Source: Vitrella brassicaformis CCMP3155
Taxonomy: Eukaryota > Protista > Chromerida
Direction of reading: 5' to 3'
Assembly (NCBI GenBank): GCA_001179505.1
Contig: CDMY01000525.1
Coordinates: 1 to 57,456, forward strand
DNA: 57,456 nucleotides
Below are positions 48,601 through 57,456 of the stretch, piece after piece. Within the stretch, counting starts at the first letter, position 1. The number at the start of each line of letters is the position of its first letter. The translations under genes were made by a program, and so were the position numbers. The notes under the pieces were generated by a model, which was given only the letters and a program-made list of their open reading frames with translations, did no database searches and was not told the origin of the DNA.

Positions 48601-49362
48601 ACCGTGCACCACCGTTGCAATGAGCTGATAGAGCATCCCGCCTTCGCCATCCTCTTGGCGCCTCTGCAGCAGACCGCTGAGCACTGCCGGCTGCTGAACA
48701 GCCAACGACACTAGCTGCCGCAACAGCTGCGCCCTCTCGCCCACACGATCACCTTTCCTCTGCATGCCGGCAGCTGGTTGGTCCTCCAGTAGTGCCTCCA
48801 TCCTTGCCACCACATCGTTCTCCGACCGGACAACGCCAGACGGCCTGGCCGTTGTCTCGGTGTCAGGCTGCAGCACACGGGGCAGCGAGGGCGCGCCATG
48901 AGAGCTCTCCGCGCCCTTCTTTGCAGGTCCCATCTGGGCGTGCAGGTCGGGCCCTTGACCATTGGGCTGCTCAGCGTCATTGGGTGTCGCCTCAGTGTAA
49001 TGCCGTCGCGCCGGTGTCTTCTTTGTCCTCCTCTGTCTGCCCCGTCCATTAGCTCCAGACCGCAGATCCAGGGCAGCGGCCCGGACGTCGACCGTCGCAG
49101 CACCGCTGTCACCTCTCTGCTGTTGCATGATGAGCGGGAGCTGGGCTGACCGGAGCCGCCTCAAAGACCTGCAGCGGTGATGAGATGAGGATGGCAGCGA
49201 GCGACACGGGGCGCCGGTTCTCGTGCATGGTCGATGAAGGAAGGCGTCGAGACGAAGGTGCTGCTGGCGAGAATGCTCAGCTGCAGTTGATGTGATTGTG
49301 GTCTTGCTTGCCATAGAGGCCAAGACAGCATAGATCAGCGCCAGCGCCACCCTTTGCCGCAT
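42633..49362 (-). CDS. Very large helical-repeat protein with C-terminal RAP domain and bipartite (plastid-like) targeting peptide
   Basis: N-terminus MRQRVALALIYAVLASMAS...LDAFLHR. Repeats of LxxLxWAL type (LLNALWIIS, LIYLVWALG, LSDLLWSVA, LSWVLFACA, LATMAWSAAVL). RAP-like end: VTPEGITVHFAMPDRKIII|EVESHSH...RLLK|RCGWSIIRVPWNTL. A single-gene model is assumed. Confidence 0.72.
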
Positions 49363-49580
49363 CCGTGTGTGCGTCCTGATCATCCCAATCGTAGATCAGC
49401 CATCAAGATCTGCAACCCTTGGGATCTGGACAAGCATCACTCCGCTTCACCTTTTTGCCCACCTCCTTTCGTAAGCGATCGGATCGGGGACTGCCCAGCA
49501 TCCATTCTTTTCTCTCCAAACGGAGCTGATGGGGTGCACCAAGACGTAGACTACCAAGGGATCTTTTGTCGGTTGCTAAG

Positions 49581-51557
49581 ATGGACTTGGAAGGAGAGCT
49601 TCCAGGCACTGCCAAGAGGGCCAAGAAGAAACGGAGAGCGCTCGAAGATGAACACAATGGTGAGAGCACACAAACAACGCTTGACTCCTTTGCTCCATTG
49701 CATGAGCGTCTTTGTGTCTGTCAGCGCCAGATACCTCCCTCCGACAAGGCGCTGACCGCACCCCACCACCACCGCCCAAGAAGCGGAAGAAGAATCATCA
49801 GGCGAAGGATCTATCGGAGCGGAGTGAGCCACCCCCTCCAACACACAAGGCGCCTGATGCACCACCTAAGAAGAAGCAAAAGAAGAAACGAAAGCCCGAC
49901 GCACTTGACGACGGCATTCAGCTCAATATTCTCAATGACGATGGGGGCGGGGAGGACCACATGAACGACGGGAATGAAGGGCAAGAGCAACAGGTCACTA
50001 AGCAGAGGGCCAAGCAGCGGAAGAAGAACTTGAAGATGGTGGGCAGGGCTGAGGCTGAGGGTGTGGATGGCTATCCGCCTCTTGACGCATCGCTGCTCGA
50101 CGGCGTGCCCTTCGTGGCGCCTCCGAGGCTGCGGACTGTGTCGGTGGCGCTGCCCGTGTCCATTGTGGCCAACGCACAGGTCGCCAGCAACACAACACAG
50201 GCACTCGTGTCAGTTCTCGGTGTGTGTCTGTGTCTTGATTCATTGATTCAGTCGTTTGAGCTTCGTGCCTACCTGGTGGGTCAGATCGCCAGGGCCCTCA
50301 CGGTCTTCGGTGTCGATGAGGTGGTCATTTACGAAGATTCAGGTACCTCACACAACAGTTACCCACACACACACACAGACACACAAGACAGCCAGCCAGC
50401 CAGCCAGACAGACGTCGATGGCTGTTGGTTCCTCTCTGCTTGTTCGTTCAGCGAAGGCGGTGTCTGAAGGTGGCGGCGGCCCGTCCCGCTGGCTGTCGTT
50501 CTTCTGCTGCAACCTGCAGTACCTCGAGTGCCCGCAGTACCTCCGGCGGGCCCTGTTTCCGATGCACCCCGACCTCAAGTATGCCGGGCTGCAGAACCCT
50601 CTCGACGCGCCACACCAAATGAGGCAACACCACTGGATGCCTTACAGGTAGTATGAGAGTATCTAACTGGGCAGGCGGGGCGGGCAAACCACACAGGGCA
50701 GCGCAGCTGAAAGGAGGGCGTGTGTGTGTGTGTTTCTTATGACACTCAGGGAGGGCGTGGTTGTTGCGGGGAAGGGTGTGAGGGAGAGTGGTGGGTCAGA
50801 CGTGGAGGGCAGCTGGGTCGACTGCGGCCTCGCCGGCGGCCAGAAGGTCAGGGTCACGCAGGCAATACAGCCGGGCGTCAGGTAAGGCACGGCACCAATC
50901 AACGCGCCTTAACACCGTGCCTGTGTGCTGTGTGCGGGCGGTTGGCTGTCAGGGTGACGGTGCGTCTTGATGCTTCGGCCAAGGCCTTCATCGAGGACAA
51001 CGCCCCGGGCCCCAAAGGCAGCGGTAGCAGCAAGCAGTTCTCGAAGATCCAGCGGCGGTCGGTGACGGGCACTGTGGTGTCCCCCCAGGAGCCGGCACAG
51101 CGGGCGGGCCTCTACTGGGGCTACCAGACAAGGGCCGCCTCGTCCCTCCAGGAGGTCTTCACCCACTGCCCACTGGACCCGGGGGGCGGGGGGTATGACC
51201 TCACCATTGGCACGTCGGAGAGGGGGGATGTGCTCACACGCGACTACCAGATGCCGCCGTTCAAGTGAGGGGCCACCCTCTTGTAGACAGAGAGGGGAGC
51301 CGAGCCGCCGTGTGTGGTAATCATTCTCTCTCTCTCTCTGTGTGTGTGTGTGTGGCAGGCATCTGCTGATAGTGTTTGGTGGTTTGGGTGGGCTGGAGGA
51401 GATTGTCGAGGACGAGCAGGCGCATGTGACGGCGAGCGACCCCCGCGAGCTGTTCGACCAGTACGTCAATGTGTGTCCGGGGCAGACCTCCCGCACAATC
51501 CGCACCGAGGAGGCGCTCCTCATCACTCTGGCCGCATTTAAGCTACTCGTGCCTTGA
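49581..51557 (+). CDS. SPOUT1: SPOUT-family RNA methyltransferase C9orf114/CENP-32 (DUF171)
   Basis: TVSVALPVSIVANAQ, VGQIARALTVFGVDEVVIY, LQYLECPQYLRRALFPMHPDLKYAGLQNPLDAPH, GLYWGY, IGTSERG, LIVFGGLGGLE, RTIRTEEA. Confidence 0.93.
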
Positions 51558-52356
51558 CTGACAGATGAGTGTATACTATACGAGCATGGCTCTTTCTTCT
51601 TCTGCGTGTGAGGGTGAGGGCGAATGAAACGTATGTCATGTGTGTTGGGGGCGTGCTGTGTGCACTGTTGCTGCGAATGGTGGGTGTGTGGGTGAACGCG
51701 AATGCGCCTGCACGCGTGGCGTGAGAGGGGAAGCGCGTCGGACATCGTTATGTGTGGACATGAACGTGATTTGACACGTTTACGTCGGTTCATCTCATCG
51801 ATCACACAGGATGGCATGGCTGGCGTGTTGGTGTCGCCGACACTGCAAATCACCGAAACCCCGCCCGCCCTCCGCATGCCAGGGCGGGGCGGGTGCCAGC
51901 GATCCACAGCAAAGGCAACACCAGCACGTGCCCATCCACAGAGTCACACCCTCGGTCGGTCGGTCGACCATGAAATGAAGGGGTGGGTGGACAGAATGAA
52001 TGAACGCATGTGAGTGCATGTCTCGATCGTCCTCTCTCACCAGCCCCCACAAAATCGATGGATGCGATGCGCCTTGCTCACGACACGACCCTTTGGGTAG
52101 CCAGTCAGTCAGGCAGTCGTTCAGGAAAACAGCTAGCGGCGCCAAAACATCCACCCACCCCTACATGGATGGCATCGACACACACATATGCACAGAGCAG
52201 CACGCACAGAGCACATCATATTGATCATGCAATGCAAGGCAGTGGGGTGGTGTGCTACATCGCACATCGCCAAAGCCCCCCCACCAGCGCACATCACATG
52301 CGGGGGGCGGGGCACGCAGAGAGAGCAGCGAATGAGTGAGTGGGTGAGTGGGCCAG

Positions 52357-54262
52357 TCAGTTGTGGTGGAAGACGATAACGTCCCCATCCTGCACCACAT
52401 ACTCCTTCCCCTCCATCCGCACTCTCCCCGCCTCCTTGGCCTTGACGCGGGTGCCGTGCTCCACCAGGTCGGCGTACGCCGTCACCTCGGCCCGAATGAA
52501 GCCCTTCTCAAAGTCCGAGTGGATCTTGCCCGCCGCCTGCGGCGCCCGGCTGCCCTTCAGGATCGTCCACGCCCGGCTCTCCTGCTCACCGCTCGTCAGA
52601 AAGGTCATCAAACCAAGCGCATCGAAGGACGTCTGCATCACAAAGGTAGATGTCTGCTACAGTGTGTGTCTGAGATGTGCGAAGCTGGTGGCTTACGGCG
52701 ATGAGTCGGTCGAGTCCTGTTTTGTCAAGCCCAACCGAGTCGAGAAACTCCTGCGCATCCTCCTCGTCAAGGCCGGCCACCTCGGCCTCGAACTTGGCGG
52801 AGATTGGGATCACCTGGCTGCCCTCGGCCTCTGCGTACTCGCGGACCTGCCGCACATACTCGTTGTCCATGTGGGGGAGGTCCTCCTCCTTGACGTTGGG
52901 CACGTAGATGACGGGCTTGGACGTGATGAAGTCGTATTGCGACACAAGGGCGTAGTCGTCTTCCTTCAGCTTGCCGCTGGTTTGGAGGCTCCTGACGGGC
53001 AGCTCGGCGCTGAGGTGCTCGATGGCGACCTTGACGACCTCCAGCGTCGCCGCGGCCTGCTTGTCGTTCTTGGCCTTCTTGTTGAGGTTGGCTGCGATGT
53101 TCTCGGCCATCTGCAGGTCGGCCAAGATGAGCTCCAAATTGATGATCTCTATGTCCTGTGACAGCAACACACACACACAAACCTCGACATCATCGCTCCC
53201 TCCCTCCCTCCCTCCCTCCCCGGCAGACCGTAATGGGGTCGATCTTGCCGTCGACGTGTGTGATGTGTTCGTCGTCGAAGCACCGCACCACATGGCAGAT
53301 GAGGTCCGTCCCGCGGATGTTGGAGAGGAACTTGTTGCCGAGACCCTCACCCTTGGAGGCACCCTTCACCAGACCAGCGATGTCCACAAACGTGGTCGTG
53401 GCGAACACTATCTTCTGAGAGCTGCTCAGCTCAGCGAGCTTAGACAGACGCGGGTCACGCACCTCGACAATGCCTATATGAGGGAAAGGGAGGGAGAAAG
53501 CAGCGCCAGTTGGCGTGCGCTTAATTCGGATGGCGCGTGCCGACCCGACCCGACCCACCGGTGTTTGGTTCAATGGTGCAGAAGGGGTAGTTGGCCGCAT
53601 CCACCTGCTTCTTGGTAAGCGCGCTGAACAGTGTGGACTTCCCTGACCGATGTAAGCGATGCAACCAACATGGAATCCATCCATCCATCCATCCATGACA
53701 CATGGCCCTCTCATCATCTCTGCTGCCTGCCTGCCTGCCTGCCATTTATTCTCACCAACATTAGGAAGACCTGAACGAGCAAGTCAACACACAAGGATGG
53801 GATGGGCGGATGAATAGATGAGCGAACGCATGTTTGGGTGAGCACTGAAATCACTCACATACCTACGATGCCGGCCGCCAGGTTCATCGACAGCTCTCCC
53901 TGCCGCCTCTGCCGCCTCTGCCGGTGCTGCTGATGCCTCAAGAGGGTCCTCTCTGCTGCGGATGATACTGATGGGGTAAAGCCCGCCTGCCGCCTCCAGC
54001 CGCTGACTTCATTCGCCAAACAACATGAGATCAGCATGCAAAGCGCTGGGATTGTCCCGTGCACCCGCTTGGCTGGTTGCCGTGGGGATGCCGGTGCACA
54101 CGAGGATCCCCGCCGTGCTGCGCTGCTGCGATATGCATGGTCAGGATCATCACTCGGCGAGCCGTGGGAGTGCCGCTCTCGTATCGCCGCCCTGCTCTGT
54201 CGCTCCATCGCCGAGATCTCTCTCTCCACAATCAGTGCCGCCCGCTTGTTTTGAGCTCGCAA
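52357..54262 (-). CDS. ychF: Bacterial-type YchF ribosome-binding ATPase, organelle-targeted
   Basis: GIVG|LPNVG|[40 protein letters not shown] (NxxE G4 variant), [33 protein letters not shown]-terminal extension present; start codon uncertain. Confidence 0.93.
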
Positions 54263-54398
54263 GAAGAGAAGTGTGAACTTGCAGTGTCAAGAGGACTTGT
54301 TTCGTGCTTTGAAGGCTTGTGGATAGGCCAGAGCATCAGCTCTGGCCGGTTTGTTGACTCCGTCGTCGAACTAGCAGGCGTGTTGTCAGGTTGAAGAT

Positions 54399-56612
54399 AT
54401 GGGAGGGTCCGGTTCGACGAACCGTGCTTCGCGGAATGGGCGGGACCAGGTGAGAGGATCACAGAACACTCCCGCACACCGAAAGGAGTGCAGTCCGTCT
54501 GTCAGCAGGGCACACAGCGTGTTGCTTCATGTTGTGTTGTGTTGTGTGTGTTTGTCATTCGCTGTCCAGGGGCCCACGGCTCCTCCGCAGCAGGTCTATA
54601 TTTTTCAAAACGGCAGCTATGCGCCGCAGGTCAGTCACACAGACACACGGGCATCACGACCTCGTAAGATGCTTCTGACACTCTCTGGCGCGTGTGTGTG
54701 CGTGTGTGTGTGTCAGGGTGGTCGTCCGTATCAGATGAATTACAACACCGCCGGATACTACCCCAACATCGGGCCGGCCATCGCCCCACCGGGGCAGCAC
54801 ATGAGACAACAAATCGCTGTCAGTCACACACACGAGGGAGGACCGATCCTGAAGGAACAGACAGACCATCGGTAGACGCCACTCTCTCTATCTCTCTCTG
54901 TCTGTGTGTCTGTGTGTCTGTCTGTGTGCGTGTGTGTGCAGCCAGCTCAGCTGAAGAAGACGTGTGTGGTCAAGAACCCCGTCAACCTCAAGAAGAGCAG
55001 CCTCGCCATGGAAAAGGTCAGTCAGTCAGTGCTGGCCGCTGACGACGGGCGGCATGTTGATTGATTGAACTGATTGATATGTGTGTGTGTGTGTGTATGT
55101 GGTTGTGTGGTTGTTTGGTTTGGTTTGACTGCCTTGCCCTGTAGGATCCTGTGTCGGCCAACATCTACTACATAGAGTTTGACTTTGACGCGTTGGATGA
55201 GGTCGAGATCACCATCTACTTTGTCGCCAAGGAAGCAGAAGACAAAAACACCAGATTGCCACGGTATGTATGTATGTCGCTGTGCCTGCCTGCCTGTCTG
55301 CCTGCCAGCGAGCCTGCCAATGGGAGACAGACATACAGGCCAACAAGAGGTATCGTTCATGACCTTAGTGGTATGGCTGTCAGGTTCACGTGTGAGAGCA
55401 AGGATTCCGCCGTGTCGAGAAGGTTCCCCAAGGGCATGAAGCAGCACTACAGGTGCGTGGCGTGGGATGGATGGGACAGCTCCAGTCAGTCACGTTCGCT
55501 GACTCACCGAGCGATCGTGTGGTGTCTGTCATGGTCGTGTGTGTGTGTGTGCAGGTCCTCGAGCAGTGAGGCGCTGAACCTGCTGTCACACCCGCTGGAC
55601 AAGCTCACATACAAAAAGGACGCTGACACCTACCCAGTGGTCATCGAACTGGTATGCTCCTGCCAGACAGACAGACAGACAGACCACTGTGCCGTACGTG
55701 TGTGTGTGTGCAGCATGCGATAGGTGCGGGCGACTTTGTGCAATCGCAGTACACGTATGCGAGTCTTGAGATGGACAAGGCGAGCAACAACTGGTCCCTT
55801 CACACACTCAAGCAGAAGGTCCAGTACGGCGAAAAGAGCTACGAAGTCCAGGTAGGACGCCAGCTAAGTAGCTCAGCCATGAACGCCAGCAACGCACAAC
55901 ACAACACCCACACACACACGGATCGAGGGCGTCTGATCTTCATGTGTGTGGTTTAATATATGTGTGTGTGTGTGTGTGTGTGTTGTGTGTGCAGGAGATC
56001 TATGGGATCGAGAAGGCGGGAGGGAGCAGTGAGAGCCTGGGGGACGACCTCTCATCAGGAAGGTACCCACCACACCGCGTGGCTGCCTGCACACTTTCAG
56101 ACCATGCGTCGCGTCATCCCTAGTGTATGGGTGTGGGTGTGGGTGTGCGTTGTGTGTGCAGAGAGTGCGTGATATGTTTGTCTGAGGAGCGCGACACCGC
56201 CGTGCTGCCGTGCAGACACATGTGCCTATGCAACGGGGTAAGCCATTCCAGGCAGCCAGCCAGCCAGGCAGGCAGTGAGTGAGTGAGTGATTCTGCCTGC
56301 ATCCGTCTCTCTCTCTCTCTCTCTCACTGTATCTGTGTTAAGTGCGCCAACATCATGCGGATGCAGAGCAACAAATGCCCCATATGCAGACAGCGTACGT
56401 AAAACCACCCACTTAGCCACACACATACGATACGCACACCAATCCATTCACCCGTATGCGCACCTGTCCCTCTGTGTGTGTGTGTGTGTGTGTGTGCAGC
56501 GGTGTCAAGTTTATTGCAGATCTCTGTGCAAGACCGCAAGAGAACCTCACCCAAGAAGGGCAAGGGCGCCAGCAGCAGCAGCAGCAGCAGCGCTGCGGCG
56601 GCTCCATCATAG
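54399..56612 (+). CDS. LOG2/MGRN1-like RING-HC E3 ubiquitin ligase
   Basis: MGGSGS N-myristoylation-type start; [12 protein letters not shown]; [13 protein letters not shown]|EIYGIE; [29 protein letters not shown]|[17 protein letters not shown]|PV. Confidence 0.92.
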
Positions 56613-57456
56613 CCCGCCCTGTGGTGTGAGAGTGCCTGCGGGCCGGGCCGGGCCGGTGCAATCCCATCTGCTCTGCTCTGCTGGCCATCAATGATTCATC
56701 CGTCTGTCTTTCCTTCCTTTCTTCCTCCTTGTTACCCTACCCTACCTTACCTTACCTGGCTTGGTTGATGAGATGAGTGGGGCCGGCGGGGCCTTCTTGC
56801 TGGCGTCTTGTGCCTGTGGGCGGGGCCGCGGGGGGAGGAGGGGAGGGGTGGTCGTGGTGGTTTGGTGGTGGGTGGTTGGTTGGTTGGTTGCTGGGGATCC
56901 TATCCGATCCGCTGTATTACTTACATGTACCAATCGTGTGCGTGCAGGCAAGGCAGGACATTGACATGGCGGGTGTGAGAGGGTGTGGGTGTGAGTGAGA
57001 GGGAGTGAGTGTGTGGGAGAGTGGGGCAGCTGATCAGCTCACCCCTGCAGGCAGGTAGTGCATTGCGGGGGTGGCTTTGGACAGGCAGGCCTCACAAGTT
57101 TTTGCTCCCCATGGAGCCCCCTCAGACACTCACTCACGCACTTACTGCTGGCCCTGTTGTTGAGTAATCAACGCTTCTTCATGTGGAAAGAAGGCCCTGG
57201 CCGTCCAATCCTCGTGATCCATTTGCGTTTGGCGCTGATATTCGTTCATTTCATCACACACACATACACGAGTCTGCACACACTCGCATCACCGCATTCC
57301 ATTCCATTCCGTCGCTTCCGCACCGCAATTCATTCGCAGCGGTTTCAGGGAGCACCCTAGGTGGCCTGACGGCCAAGTCCCATGTCGGTCTGTCCAACAT
57401 GAAACAGGCACCCTAACATGCAACCCGGACACGCAACACGCAGCACGCAGAGGGCA

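Noticed and set aside
1-57456. tRNA, rRNA, snRNA, transposase or reverse-transcriptase genes
   Set aside because: I saw no cloverleaf, rRNA or snRNA signature and no RT, integrase or DDE motifs by eye; tRNAscan-SE and Infernal would be needed to exclude them formally.

Overview
Gene-dense, GC-rich, intron-rich eukaryotic nuclear DNA with about 20 spliced genes and three 300-N scaffold gaps. By inference it is a chromerid alveolate (Vitrella-like): it has bipartite plastid-targeting peptides with a Phe after the signal, IFT57, isocitrate lyase, a RAP protein and microsatellite-filled short GT-AG introns. Recognisable genes: IFT57, a PHT4/SLC17-type MFS transporter, FabD, a thioredoxin-fold protein, ICL, an alpha/beta hydrolase, CIA2, an ABCB10/MDL1-like transporter, a vWA-alpha-kinase, a giant RAP protein, SPOUT1, YchF and a LOG2/MGRN1 RING ligase. 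Best leads: (1) one gene fusing four lipid-binding modules, ACBP-PH-START-Sec14; (2) introns with (CA)n after the donor and complementary (TG)n before the acceptor; (3) an NPA-less MIP/aquaporin-like channel ending in KKxx; (4) a vWA-alpha-kinase with a zinc-ribbon tail and a frameshift in an 81-bp repeat; (5) an inverted, internally deleted paralog relic; (6) a doubly disrupted Ser/Thr dehydratase. All gene models were spliced by eye and family calls are from motif recognition; no database searches were run.
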